Assembly: GCF_000008465.1 (NCBI RefSeq)
Contig: NC_006512.1
Span: forward strand, 1,950,001 to 1,982,000
DNA: 32,000 bases
Direction of reading: 5' to 3'
Source: Idiomarina loihiensis L2TR
GTDB taxonomy: Bacteria; Pseudomonadota; Gammaproteobacteria; Enterobacterales; Alteromonadaceae
The notes beneath the pieces were generated by a model that ran no database searches, was not told where the DNA came from, and saw only the letters and a list, made by a program, of their open reading frames with translations. Numbering within the stretch: position 1 is the first letter of the stretch; the number at the start of each line of letters is the position of its first letter. Positions 7,284 to 16,567 of the stretch are shown piece after piece. The position numbers and the translations under genes were made by a program.

Positions 7284-8321
7284 TTACCTTGGAAAACGAA
7301 TGCGGTCGGACAAATAGCCCACGGCGGCCACAAAATAGTGCGAACGGTTCCAGCGCATGAGCGCGTCGTAGTTAGCGTAAGCCAGGTAAACGCGGCCTTC
7401 TTTGTCATCCGGAATCACTATTGATGCATCGATATCGCCGCGCGATGGCAACTCAGAGCCGTCAAAGCGTGTAACGCCTAAGTCAGCCCACTCGCCCAGC
7501 TTTTTCTTAGTGTCCAGCCCGGCTAATGACTCATCAAAACCTTCAGGCAGTTGTACCTGACGTCCCCAGGTTACGTCGTCTTTCCAGCCAACCGAGCTCA
7601 GGTAGTTAGCGGCTGACGCAAATACGTCCGGGTAGCTGCCCCAAATGTCTTTTTTACCGTCACCGTCGTAGTCCACGGCGTAACTCATGAAAGAGCTTGG
7701 CATAAACTGAGTTTGCCCCATAGCGCCTGCCCATGAACCCTTCATTTGCTCCGGTTCAATGTGGCCGTCTTCAATAATGGTTAAGGCTTCCCAAAGCTGC
7801 TTTTTGAAAAACTCTTCGCGACGTCCGTCAAAAGCCAGCGTAGTTAGTGCCGATACCACATCAAAGCCACCAGTGAACGAACCAAAGTTGGTTTCAATGC
7901 CCCACAGCGCGACAATAAAGCGCGGCTGCACGCCGTACTCTTTGCCCACTTTTTCCAGCAGCTCTTTATGTTCGTTGTATTTTTCTAACGCTTTTTCGGC
8001 TTTCCAATCCGGTACTGCGCGTGGCAGGTAGGTATCCAGAGTTAATTTAAATTCCGGCTGGTTTTTATCCAGCTCTACCGCCCGTTCGTAATACTTTACT
8101 TTGGCGAAGGCTTTATCCAGAGTGTCTTGCTTATAGCCGCTTTCAATGGCTTCGGCTTTCAGAGCTTCAACGTAGGTGGCAAACTGTTGGTTCACATCTT
8201 CGCTGGACTCTTTTTTAGCCTTGTCGTCAGTTTCCTGAAACGCAGAAGCCGGCGCGCTAAGCGCAAATGAAGAAGCCAGACAAAGAGCCAGCCCTGCCAC
8301 TTTTATTTTATTTGTTAACAT
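7284..8321 (-). CDS. mltB: lytic murein transglycosylase (MltB/Slt35-like), secreted
   Basis: Start chosen at the ATG at 8321 (MLTNKIKVAGLALCLASSFALSAPASA signal peptide). It carries family-typical segments ALWGIETNFG, GAMGQTQFMPSSF, DYDGDGKKDIW and NYLAYANYDALMRWNRS. The last residue before Cys is Leu, so a lipobox is doubtful. Confidence 0.85.
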   Translation of the reverse strand: MLTNKIKVAGLALCLASSFALSAPASAFQETDDKAKKESSEDVNQQFATYVEALKAEAIESGYKQDTLDKAFAKVKYYERAVELDKNQPEFKLTLDTYLPRAVPDWKAEKALEKYNEHKELLEKVGKEYGVQPRFIVALWGIETNFGSFTGGFDVVSALTTLAFDGRREEFFKKQLWEALTIIEDGHIEPEQMKGSWAGAMGQTQFMPSSFMSYAVDYDGDGKKDIWGSYPDVFASAANYLSSVGWKDDVTWGRQVQLPEGFDESLAGLDTKKKLGEWADLGVTRFDGSELPSRGDIDASIVIPDDKEGRVYLAYANYDALMRWNRSHYFVAAVGYLSDRIRFPR

Positions 8322-8568
8322 TGACTTGAAGTTCCTCTCGTTTCGGTGGTAACTGCAAATAGAAACCATCGTTATGCAAATGCTGTTGTAACTTTTCGAC
8401 CGTTAAACGCGCCAACTGTTCACGGTTGGCCAGGTTAATTGTCAGCACTTTTTCGGCGCGACCAAACTGGCCCAACAAAACATCGGGCACGTCGGTAAAT
8501 TCGTTACCATGAGGCAGGTAAAGATAGGTATCGGCTTTTTTCGAGCTGCGATAAACATCACACAGCAT
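8308..8568 (-). CDS. ycgL: YcgL domain-containing protein (UPF0745)
   Basis: 86 aa with a strong AGGAG SD. The segments CDVYRSSKKADTYLYL ... GFYLQLPP match E. coli YcgL as I recall it. Confidence 0.85.
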   Translation of the reverse strand: MLCDVYRSSKKADTYLYLPHGNEFTDVPDVLLGQFGRAEKVLTINLANREQLARLTVEKLQQHLHNDGFYLQLPPKREELQVNVNK

Positions 8569-8588
8569 GGCAGTTCTCCTGAATGGGG

Positions 8589-9761
8589 CTACTTGCTAAT
8601 TATAGCCTGTAATTCTGCCCCAATTGCGTGCTGACGCCAACCCACCATTAAGTCAGGTTGCGGCAAACGCTGCTGTTGTTGCGTTGAGTATTGCCAATGA
8701 AAGTTAATAAAATCATTAATTTGCTTGCGTGACGCCACCAGTGACGCCGGTATGTGTAAAGATTCAGCCAGTTCCGTAACGGCCTTTTTAATGGCCTTAA
8801 AAGTTGGCTTGTAGCCTTCCATATCGTCCAGACGTTCCAACGTTTGCGGAAATTCAGACTCGGGCACTTGTTCGGCTTGCTGAATACAGCGAATAATATC
8901 GCGCCCCGAATACTTGCGTGACATGGGGGCTAAATCTGGAATGCGGCTTAGCTCGTCGTCATTTTTTGGCATTCTTCGGGCTAGCTCAAGCAAGACCCCG
9001 TCCTTGGCAATAAAGCCCAGCGGAATGTCGCGCTCGCGCGCTTTGTGTAAACGCCAGGGCGTCAGAATTTTAAGTGCAGCCAGTTGCCGCGGGTTCAGCT
9101 GCCAGGCATTGCCTACGCCCAAATAGAGCAGATCATCCGGCCAGCTTTGTGTGCGTTTACGCACCTGAATTTGCGACTCTTCGTACACAATATCCAGCAC
9201 ACCTTTTTCTTCACACAAAGCTTTAAGATACGGGTACATTATCGCCAGATAACTGGCATCGGCGGCAGCATAGTCTAACTGTTCATCGCTTAACGGACGC
9301 TTAAGCCAGTTGGTACGTGACAAGCTTTTGTCCAGCTCAACGCCGTCAAATAAGGCATCGACTAAACGTGCGTAGCCCATTGAGTCACCCAGGCCACAAA
9401 AACCGGCGGCTATCTGGCTATCAAAAATTTGTTTGGGTTGGCGGCCGCTGCTTTGCTGAAAAAACAGTTCAATATCTTCGCCACCGGCATGCAATACGGT
9501 TTCGACTTCATCGCCGGAAATCAGCTGCCATAAAGGCTCTAAATCAATATCCGCCAACGGGTCAATAACAGCCGTTGTGCCGTTAGCGTGAATTTGTAAT
9601 AAGCCTAACTGAGCGTAATAAGTGCGTTCACGCACAAACTCAGAGTCAATAGCGAACCAACCGCATTTTACGGCCTGCTGGCAGAGATCTTGTAAATCAT
9701 CAGTGGTGGTAACGAGCCGGTATTGTTGTACCGACTCGGGTAATTCTAACGGCAGAGTCAA
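8589..9761 (-). CDS. rnd: ribonuclease D
   Basis: 390 aa with the DEDD exonuclease domain ([41 protein letters not shown]) and an HRDC region. The only in-frame start is the TTG at 9761, with a GAGGA SD 6 nt upstream. It lies downstream of fadD, as in E. coli. Confidence 0.9.
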   Translation of the reverse strand: MTLPLELPESVQQYRLVTTTDDLQDLCQQAVKCGWFAIDSEFVRERTYYAQLGLLQIHANGTTAVIDPLADIDLEPLWQLISGDEVETVLHAGGEDIELFFQQSSGRQPKQIFDSQIAAGFCGLGDSMGYARLVDALFDGVELDKSLSRTNWLKRPLSDEQLDYAAADASYLAIMYPYLKALCEEKGVLDIVYEESQIQVRKRTQSWPDDLLYLGVGNAWQLNPRQLAALKILTPWRLHKARERDIPLGFIAKDGVLLELARRMPKNDDELSRIPDLAPMSRKYSGRDIIRCIQQAEQVPESEFPQTLERLDDMEGYKPTFKAIKKAVTELAESLHIPASLVASRKQINDFINFHWQYSTQQQQRLPQPDLMVGWRQHAIGAELQAIISK

Positions 9762-11428
9762 GCTTCATCCTCTTCATCGCGTAATTCACGGCGAATTATT
9801 TTGCCGACGTTGGATTTAGGCAATTCATCACGAAACTCAACCAGTTTAGGTACTTTGTAACCGGTCAGGTTTTCGCGCGAAAAGTCGATAACTTCACGTT
9901 CGGTCAGTGATTTATCTTTTGCCACAATGAAGACTTTTACCGCTTCACCAGACGATTCGTGCGGCACGCCTATGGCTGCCGACTCAAGAATTTTAGGATG
10001 GTCAGCTAGTACGTCTTCAATTTCGTTCGGATAAACATTAAAACCCGACACCAAAATCATGTCCTTTTTACGATCCACAATTTTGAAGTAACCACGCTCA
10101 TCAACAGTGGCCATGTCACCCGTTGCAAACCAACCGTCTTTAATTGATTCTGCTGTCGCATCAGGACGGTTAAGGTAACCCACCATAACTTGCGGGCCTT
10201 TCACTTCCAGCTCGCCCGGTTCACCTAAAGCCACTTCTTCGCGCGTTTCAGGGTCAACAATACGCATGTCGGTACTTGGTACCGGCAAACCAATGCTGCC
10301 CGTGTAATGTTCAATATCGTAAGGGTTAACGGTAACCACCGGAGAACACTCGGTTAAACCATAACCTTCCAGCAAACGAGACTTGGTTACCCGCTCCCAC
10401 TCGTCGGCCACTGCACGCTGGACCGCCATGCCGCCGCCCAGAGCAATTTTTAAATTCGAGAAATTGACGTCTTTAAAGCCCTTGGTATTCAACAGGCCAT
10501 TAAACAGCGTGTTAACCCCTGAAATCATTGAGAAAGGATACTTATTCAGCTCTTTCACAAAGTTCGGCATGTCGCGCGGGTTGGTAATTAAGACGTTCTT
10601 GCCACCGTGCTTTATAAAGGTAAGGCAGTTCGCGGTTAACGCAAAGATATGATAAAGCGGCAGCGCGGTAATAATGGTTTCTTCGCCATCATTCATTATG
10701 GGCGTAATAACCGAGGAAACTTGTTCAAGGTTAGCAACCATATTACGGTGCGACAGCATAGCGCCTTTTGCCACCCCCGTTGTTCCGCCGGTGTACTGTA
10801 AAAAGGCAATATCATCACCGGTCACTTCAGGACGTTTATAGTCGGCCATGGTTCCTTTGGCCAGCGCTTGATTAAAACTCACCGTGCCTTTTAAATTATG
10901 CGAAGGCACCATACGTTTTATATACTTAACCACAAAGTTAACCAAAGAGCGCTTAAGTAAAGGCAACTGGTCACCTATTTGCGTGGTAACAACTAAATCG
11001 AGCGGAGCTTCTGCTTTGATTTTTTCATAGGTTTGAGCAAAGTTTTCCAGAATAACCAGAGCTTTTGCCTGAGAATCTACCAGCTGATGCTTTAACTCGC
11101 GCGGCGTGTAAAGTGGGTTGACGTTCACTACAGTCATGCCTGCTCGCAGAATACCGAATAACGCCACAGGATATTGCAGCAAGTTTGGCATCATAACCGC
11201 AACGGCATCGCCTTTTTTAAGGCCGGTACTGTGCAGGTAAGCGGCAAAGTCGCGAGTTTTCAGACCCAGTTCTTTGAAACTCATTTCTGAGTCCATATTT
11301 ACGAAAGCCGTTTTCTCGCCGTACTTTTCAATGGACTGCTCAAGTATATCAACCAACGACGCAAAGTGATCCGGGTCAATTGTTTCCGGTACTCCCGCTG
11401 GGTAGTTTTCCAACCAAATTTTATCCAT
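9758..11428 (-). CDS. fadD: long-chain-fatty-acid--CoA ligase
   Basis: 556 aa with the AMP-binding signature ([18 protein letters not shown]), plus GYGLTE and TGDMA...[13 protein letters not shown] is GGAG. Confidence 0.95.
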   Translation of the reverse strand: MDKIWLENYPAGVPETIDPDHFASLVDILEQSIEKYGEKTAFVNMDSEMSFKELGLKTRDFAAYLHSTGLKKGDAVAVMMPNLLQYPVALFGILRAGMTVVNVNPLYTPRELKHQLVDSQAKALVILENFAQTYEKIKAEAPLDLVVTTQIGDQLPLLKRSLVNFVVKYIKRMVPSHNLKGTVSFNQALAKGTMADYKRPEVTGDDIAFLQYTGGTTGVAKGAMLSHRNMVANLEQVSSVITPIMNDGEETIITALPLYHIFALTANCLTFIKHGGKNVLITNPRDMPNFVKELNKYPFSMISGVNTLFNGLLNTKGFKDVNFSNLKIALGGGMAVQRAVADEWERVTKSRLLEGYGLTECSPVVTVNPYDIEHYTGSIGLPVPSTDMRIVDPETREEVALGEPGELEVKGPQVMVGYLNRPDATAESIKDGWFATGDMATVDERGYFKIVDRKKDMILVSGFNVYPNEIEDVLADHPKILESAAIGVPHESSGEAVKVFIVAKDKSLTEREVIDFSRENLTGYKVPKLVEFRDELPKSNVGKIIRRELRDEEDEA

Positions 11429-11478
11429 AAAAGGCTCCGCCTCTCACTATTTATAGTTATTTTCAGTGGCGCAATCAT

Positions 11479-11495
11479 CGCATATCCGACCAGTT
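11479..11495 (-). promoter_or_regulatory. candidate FadR operator in the fadD promoter region
   Basis: The minus strand reads AACTGGTCGGATATGCG, about 50 nt upstream of the fadD ATG. It agrees with the FadR box as I recall it (ANCTGGTCNGAYNTGTT) at all but the last two positions. Confidence 0.55.
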
Positions 11496-11516
11496 AATCC
11501 TAGTCGTTACCAGCCG

Positions 11517-12386
11517 CTAAACGTACGATTTAAGCAGTTCAGCTATTTTCTCAGGTTGTTCCATATGTACGTGATGTCCACCTTCCAATGTCTTACAACT
11601 TAAGCCTGAAACTTTATCCTGCCATCGCTTAAATGCGCTATCTAACTGATCATAACCGCGGCTCCCGCGCACAACGGTCACTGGCATGATTAACTTTTCA
11701 AACAAGTCATCCACTGCCGAACTCGGTAACCTGTAGGCCGACGTTGTCTTTACCCTGGCATCGGCCCGCCAGTGCCAGCGGCCATCTTCACCATGCTCGC
11801 AACCACGTTCAACAATTAACCGGACTAAATTGGCTGAAAAATCAGCCTGAGCGGCTCTGGCCTCTACGGCGGAGTCGAAATCCGCGTAGCTTCGCCAGCG
11901 AGGTGTCTGTAGTTTTTTGCGACTTAAAAAGCCCTGTTTCAGCTGCTCCTGCGCATTCGTTCCGTCAGACACCAGTAACCCAAAGGCTTCAACTAATAGC
12001 AGTTGCTGAATACGCTCAGGGCTTAATGCTGCAACCACATTGCTGACAAAGCCCCCCATAGAGTGACCGAGCAAGGTTAAATTCTGCCAGTCCTGCTGTT
12101 GAATCAGCTGCCATAAGTCATAAGCATAGTCGATAAAATGATAATAGTTGCCCACCGGACGGTGATCACTGTGCCCGTGACCGGGCCAGTCAAGCGCTAA
12201 AAAACCACCTTTTTCAGGTGACCAGTACCGGGCTATAGGTAAAAAGCTATGACTGTTGTCTAACCAACCATGAGTTGCAACAACTCTTATGTCGTTAGGA
12301 TCGCCCCAGCACAGCCCCCGAACGGAACCCCAGTCCAGCTGATAACTGACTGGGGTAGCCTGCTCTGCTGTTTCTCTATAATCCAT
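11517..12386 (-). CDS. alpha/beta fold hydrolase
   Basis: 289 aa with the nucleophile elbow GHSMGG, a HG oxyanion region (THGWLDNSHSF) and a C-terminal GGHHVHMEQP catalytic His region. Confidence 0.75.
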   Translation of the reverse strand: MDYRETAEQATPVSYQLDWGSVRGLCWGDPNDIRVVATHGWLDNSHSFLPIARYWSPEKGGFLALDWPGHGHSDHRPVGNYYHFIDYAYDLWQLIQQQDWQNLTLLGHSMGGFVSNVVAALSPERIQQLLLVEAFGLLVSDGTNAQEQLKQGFLSRKKLQTPRWRSYADFDSAVEARAAQADFSANLVRLIVERGCEHGEDGRWHWRADARVKTTSAYRLPSSAVDDLFEKLIMPVTVVRGSRGYDQLDSAFKRWQDKVSGLSCKTLEGGHHVHMEQPEKIAELLKSYV

Positions 12387-12397
12387 TAAAGAACGAA

Positions 12398-12976
12398 TTA
12401 GTTGCGGTTTTTAGCCGGAGTACCCGAGTTGTCCTGCACACGAACACGTACCGGAACCGGATAACGGTAAGGATAATAAGGCGAATAGAAGTTATGACGG
12501 AACCACAATGGCGAATAGTCAATTTCTACCTGGTTGTTTTGTTTTTCAATCTTCCACAGGTGATAACCCGTTGCTTCAATAACCGGGTAGGTATAAACAT
12601 ATTCGTCAATTTTGCCCTGCTGAGTTTGGCCTATCGTACCAACAAAACTGATTGACCGGCCTTGCTGATACACGTCGGGATCAACAAAGTCATTAACTAC
12701 CGCTAAAAAACGCCCATCGCTGTTATCACTAACCTCAGGACGTCCCCAGCGCTTCAACGGGAAGCTGACGACTTCCAGCACGGTATGATCTTCGGCGTTG
12801 CGAACATCGGCAATGACACCGCCCCAACGGGCTGGCTCACCGGCTACTTCATCGCCCTGATGCTTGGCAACCTTGTAACTCACCAAAGCCTCTTCATTAT
12901 CAGTGGCAAGCTCATCCGGAACCGAAGTGCAACCAGCAAGCACCATTGCGCTTAATACTGCAAATATCATTTTCAT
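12398..12976 (-). CDS. Slp-family outer membrane lipoprotein (YeaY-like)
   Basis: Start set at the ATG at 12976, with GAGG 6 nt upstream; the tracked GTG at 12988 is less likely. It has a lipobox (MVLAGC) and the Slp-like core ARWGGVIADVRN. Its position next to fadD and tsaB matches E. coli yeaY. Confidence 0.8.
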   Translation of the reverse strand: MKMIFAVLSAMVLAGCTSVPDELATDNEEALVSYKVAKHQGDEVAGEPARWGGVIADVRNAEDHTVLEVVSFPLKRWGRPEVSDNSDGRFLAVVNDFVDPDVYQQGRSISFVGTIGQTQQGKIDEYVYTYPVIEATGYHLWKIEKQNNQVEIDYSPLWFRHNFYSPYYPYRYPVPVRVRVQDNSGTPAKNRN

Positions 12977-12988
12977 AACAGACCTCAC

Positions 12989-13288
12989 TCAGGCGTAAAC
13001 ATCAACACCAAACATTGACGTAATTTGCTCTCTTTTCTCGCTTAACGCTATGTTTTGATAAGCATTAAGTGCTTTTTGAGAACGTTGTGGTGGCTCATCG
13101 TAAAACGTATTAAGTGACTCCCACCGTTCTGCGCGCCGCTGACTTTGCCGGGCATCGGGCACTACCCGCCGGGTATCAGCGACTTTCGCCGGGTTCTGTT
13201 CCTGGCGTTGCTGATCTTCCGGCGCAGACCTTTGAGGCCCTTGCTGTTGGCTGTTTAGCGGCTGAACCGCTTGCGGATTAATTCGCAC
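12989..13288 (-). CDS. hypothetical Gln/Arg-rich small protein (GTG start, uncertain)
   Basis: 99-codon ORF whose stop lies 12 nt before the slp ATG, suggesting co-transcription. It has no ATG start and only a weak SD. Composition is low-complexity and no family was recognised. Confidence 0.4.
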   Translation of the reverse strand: MRINPQAVQPLNSQQQGPQRSAPEDQQRQEQNPAKVADTRRVVPDARQSQRRAERWESLNTFYDEPPQRSQKALNAYQNIALSEKREQITSMFGVDVYA

Positions 13289-13354
13289 GTCAACGATGAC
13301 TCATCTGTTAGTAAGACTGATTTTATTATGGCGAGTTCAGTGCCATTCTACAAG

Positions 13355-14038
13355 TTATCGACCTGGCAATTTTTTCCAGGTCACTTCATTACGAACATAC
13401 AAAGGTTCTAAGTTCTCTGCATCGACCGAAGTAACGCAACCTTTAGTTGCTATTGTCAGCATGTCTTCCGCCAGCGGTAACCGGCAATCCATGCTGTGCT
13501 TTAATTCCTGCTTAGGGTCTAGGGTACCGGCGTAGTTGTCCCAGCCAGTTCCCGCAGTATGAAAGCCCTGGACATTATGCTCTGCGAATAAACTAGCAGA
13601 GGGTTCAGCAACGGCGGGCTCCGTTATTTGTTCAGCAAGACCATTATTATTACGGTACAAGGCGTAATAAATTTCACCCATGCGCGCATCAATACAGGCC
13701 ACAACCGCTTCTGCATTGTGTTTACGAATGGCTTGCTGCGCTAACGCCTGCAGGCTACTGACCGGATATACTGGTAACTCGGCACTAAAAGCAAGACCCT
13801 GCGCCATGGATACCCCGATGCGTACACCGGTAAAACTGCCGGGCCCTACGCCAACGACCAGCCCGTCCAGCTGACTTAATTCGGTTTCTGCCTGCTGCAG
13901 CATTTGTTCAACAAAAGGCAGTAAACGCTGCGAATGTTCCCGCGGGCTTTCTATTGCTTCGCTAAAGAAATTGTCCTGCCAGCGAATAGCCACTGAGCAA
14001 TTTTCGGTCGACGTATCAACTGCTAATAAGTTCGTCAT
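13355..14038 (-). CDS. tsaB: tRNA threonylcarbamoyladenosine biosynthesis protein TsaB
   Basis: Start set at the ATG at 14038 (MTNLLAVDTSTENCSVAI, the typical TsaB N-terminus). It carries GVGPGSFTGVRIG. It lies adjacent to yoaA, as in E. coli (yeaZ-yoaA). Confidence 0.9.
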   Translation of the reverse strand: MTNLLAVDTSTENCSVAIRWQDNFFSEAIESPREHSQRLLPFVEQMLQQAETELSQLDGLVVGVGPGSFTGVRIGVSMAQGLAFSAELPVYPVSSLQALAQQAIRKHNAEAVVACIDARMGEIYYALYRNNNGLAEQITEPAVAEPSASLFAEHNVQGFHTAGTGWDNYAGTLDPKQELKHSMDCRLPLAEDMLTIATKGCVTSVDAENLEPLYVRNEVTWKKLPGR

Positions 14039-15968
14039 TATTGGTTTCATCTTTCTCTGCAACCTGCGCTAAAAAACTCAGCGCTTCATTTAAATCCCGG
14101 GTTCTCGACATAGCTGGCAAGCTGGATAAAAACTGCTTACCGTATTGGCGCGTTACTAAACGACTGTCGCAAACAATTAACACACCGGAGTCGTCTTTAT
14201 CACGAATTAACCGTCCTGCGCCCTGCTTCAACGCAATTATCGCCTGCGGCAATTGTATCGTGCTGAAGGCGTCGACACCACGCAAACGGGCATCTTCAAC
14301 ACGCGCATTCAGCAAAGGGTCATCCGGCGAGGCAAACGGCAGTTTGTCGATAATAACGCAACGCAAGGCTTCACCCCGCACATCGACCCCTTCCCAAAAG
14401 GACGAAGTACCCAACAGCACGGCATTACCTTTTTTGGTGAAGGTTTCCAGTAACTCTGTTTTACCGGACTCGCCCTGCACCAGAATGTCGCGATCCAGCC
14501 TGTCACGTAATATTGAGGCCATTTGCTGCAACATACGGTGGCTGGTAAACAGTAGAAAAGTGCCCCCCCGGTTCACCTTAACGCACTGCTCCGCAATTTC
14601 AGTCAACATTTGATGCCGATTCGGGTCGTTGGCCTCGGGCAAATAACGCGGTAAACACAGCTTGGCCTGCTTCGCAAAGTCAAAGGGGCTTTCCAGCAAC
14701 AAGGTGTCGGCGTCATCTATGCCTAAACGCTTGGTAAAGTAATCGAACTTGCCGTTAACCGCCAAAGTAGCAGAGGTAAATACCCAGCTCATTTTGTTGC
14801 GCTTGATATAGCCCCCGAAGGTCTTGGCAACGCTTAGCGGGGTTTGATGCAAACTGACGTGTCGGGGTGTAGTTTCAAACCAAAAGCTGTAGCCGGTGCG
14901 GTCGACGTCCATTAGCTGACGCCAAATATAGAGGTGCTGTTCAGCGCGTTCATGTAAATTATCAAAGTCTTTATTACGGCCGATAGCGGTTTTCATGACG
15001 TCGGTCAGCAGGGTTAAACGCTCCTGCACTCGCTCAGCCACCTCGGCAACGTCCGGTTTTTTGCGCCAGTCTCGCCAGTTGCCGCGCATAGGGTCCCGCG
15101 GAAACAACAACCGCCAGTCTTTCAGAGTCTGTAATAACGTACGTGCCATAGCGCTGGCCTGCGACAAGTCCTTCAGCTCAGTCATACATAAACGCTGCAG
15201 TTCTTCGCACATTTCTGTCAGTTGCCGACTGGAAACCGTTTCGCCAAAGTACTGGCTGGCAATGTCCGGAATTTGATGAGCTTCGTCAAAGACCACCGTA
15301 TCCACGCTGGGAATCAACTCACCAAAGCCGGTATCTTTTAGCGCCATATCGGCAAAGAAAAGATGATGGTTGACCACCACAATATCGGCTTCCATGGCTT
15401 CTTTGCGGGCTTTGACTAAGTGGCAGTCTTCGTACACCGGACAGTCCCGCCCCAGGCAGTTGTCCTGAGTGCTGGTTACCTGCGGTAATACCGAGGCGTC
15501 TTCCGCTAAGGCGTTCAGCTCGCCCACGTCACCACTGCGAGTGGATGTCGCCCAGCGCTTTACCGTAATAAGCTGATTTTGAATGTCTTTGCTGAACTGT
15601 CCGGCCTGTTGGGTTGCCTGCTCCATGCGGTGCAGACACAAATAATTTGAACGGCCTTTTAATAAAGCGACAACTTTTTCCGGCGCCAGCACTTTTCTTA
15701 ACATGGGTAAGTCGCGGTGGAACAGCTGTTCCTGAAGGTTTTTAGTACCGGTAGAAACAATCGCTTTGCCTTTGCCCAGTAGCACAGGAGCCAAATACGC
15801 AAAAGTTTTGCCGGTGCCGGTCTCGGCTTCAACGACCAGCTCACCTTTTTTCTTAACAGTAGCGGCTATGGCTTCTGCCATTTGCTGCTGAGCGGCACGT
15901 GGCTGAAAGTTTGTAATTGCTTGTGCGAGCTCGCCTGTTGGCTTAAATACTGATAAAACCGTCGCCAT
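14016..15968 (-). CDS. yoaA: ATP-dependent DNA helicase YoaA (DinG/XPD family, Fe-S cluster)
   Basis: 650 aa with Walker A (EAETGTGKTFAYL), a DEAH box (VFDEAHQIPD) and an Fe-S Cys cluster (CL..., CLGRDCPVYEDC). It is collinear with E. coli YoaA as I recall it. Confidence 0.9.
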   Translation of the reverse strand: MATVLSVFKPTGELAQAITNFQPRAAQQQMAEAIAATVKKKGELVVEAETGTGKTFAYLAPVLLGKGKAIVSTGTKNLQEQLFHRDLPMLRKVLAPEKVVALLKGRSNYLCLHRMEQATQQAGQFSKDIQNQLITVKRWATSTRSGDVGELNALAEDASVLPQVTSTQDNCLGRDCPVYEDCHLVKARKEAMEADIVVVNHHLFFADMALKDTGFGELIPSVDTVVFDEAHQIPDIASQYFGETVSSRQLTEMCEELQRLCMTELKDLSQASAMARTLLQTLKDWRLLFPRDPMRGNWRDWRKKPDVAEVAERVQERLTLLTDVMKTAIGRNKDFDNLHERAEQHLYIWRQLMDVDRTGYSFWFETTPRHVSLHQTPLSVAKTFGGYIKRNKMSWVFTSATLAVNGKFDYFTKRLGIDDADTLLLESPFDFAKQAKLCLPRYLPEANDPNRHQMLTEIAEQCVKVNRGGTFLLFTSHRMLQQMASILRDRLDRDILVQGESGKTELLETFTKKGNAVLLGTSSFWEGVDVRGEALRCVIIDKLPFASPDDPLLNARVEDARLRGVDAFSTIQLPQAIIALKQGAGRLIRDKDDSGVLIVCDSRLVTRQYGKQFLSSLPAMSRTRDLNEALSFLAQVAEKDETNNDELISS

Positions 15969-16017
15969 AACCTATACCGCCGAAGAAATAGGCACGTATT
16001 ATGACATAGATGTTTGC

Positions 16018-16290
16018 CTAGGCGTAGGTGTCTATATGTCCTGAAGATAAGGTTTCATCGTTATCAGCAACCTCTTCAACGTCCGTTTGAGCCGACGATT
16101 GTTGATGCTGATGCTGTTGGCTACTTTCTCTTTTTTGATCATCTTCGATGGTAGCCCCTTCGTCTTCATCTACAGCGTTGAGTTCGCGTATCTTCTCAAT
16201 CTGGTTTATTTTCATCTGCTCACGGGCGAAGTCCACAGGCACGCGAGTGTCTTTGGGGATCAACGGAACCATTGCATCAAAGTTAGCCAT
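16018..16290 (-). CDS. hypothetical acidic small protein
   Basis: 90-codon ORF with an ATG start, divergent from the his promoter. It is highly acidic and Gln/His-rich. No family was recognised. Confidence 0.45.
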   Translation of the reverse strand: MANFDAMVPLIPKDTRVPVDFAREQMKINQIEKIRELNAVDEDEGATIEDDQKRESSQQHQHQQSSAQTDVEEVADNDETLSSGHIDTYA

Positions 16291-16330
16291 TGTTGTTGTC
16301 TTTCGCCTCGCAGAGAATGAATTCTGTTAT

Positions 16331-16344
16331 TTGACTATACAACC
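16331..16344 (+). repeat. copy 1 of exact 14-nt direct repeat TTGACTATACAACC
   Basis: Identical to 16568-16581. A 9-nt core, CTATACAAC, also occurs at 16424-16432. Confidence 0.9.
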
Positions 16345-16394
16345 ACTGGTTAAATAATAAGCTTATATCGACTAAATAACCAATAAGTTTACTC

Positions 16395-16422
16395 TTGCAT
16401 TACATTTCTCAGCTGTTATAGT
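16395..16422 (+). promoter_or_regulatory. candidate sigma-70 promoter of the his operon
   Basis: TTGCAT (16395-16400), a 16-nt spacer, then TATAGT (16417-16422). This lies ~45 nt upstream of the hisL ATG. Confidence 0.45.
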
Positions 16423-16469
16423 GCTATACAACTTTACGAAGTAAAACTATTTTTATTGGAGTGTTAATT

Positions 16470-16520
16470 ATGCGTTTTGTTCACAGCCACCACCATCATC
16501 ATTGGAACTGTATGGCCTAG
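16470..16520 (+). CDS. hisL: his operon leader peptide
   Basis: ATG CGT TTT GTT CAC AGC CAC CAC CAT CAT CAT TGG AAC TGT ATG GCC TAG encodes MRFVHSHHHHHWNCMA. Six of seven consecutive codons are His. GGAG SD lies 8 nt upstream, and the peptide sits immediately upstream of the attenuator and hisG. Confidence 0.85.
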   Translation: MRFVHSHHHHHWNCMA

Positions 16521-16567
16521 CCGTGAACTTAATGTTTGGGCTAGCCGTATAAACGCTAGCCTTTCGA

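Noticed and set aside
7268-7408. N-terminal 47-aa extension of the tracked 190-aa ycgN ORF.
   Set aside because: The extension overlaps the 3' end of mltB and has no YcgN homology. Homology starts exactly at the Met at 7267.
8322-8369. Upstream ATG (8369) for mltB, giving MVSICSYHRNERNFKS before the signal peptide.
   Set aside because: It would bury the signal peptide behind 16 charged residues and extend 62 nt into ycgL. The ATG at 8321 gives a canonical signal peptide.
14041-14613. 190-aa plus-strand ORF inside yoaA.
   Set aside because: It is antisense to a strongly homologous helicase gene. It has the Ser/Arg-rich composition typical of shadow frames, and no family was recognised.
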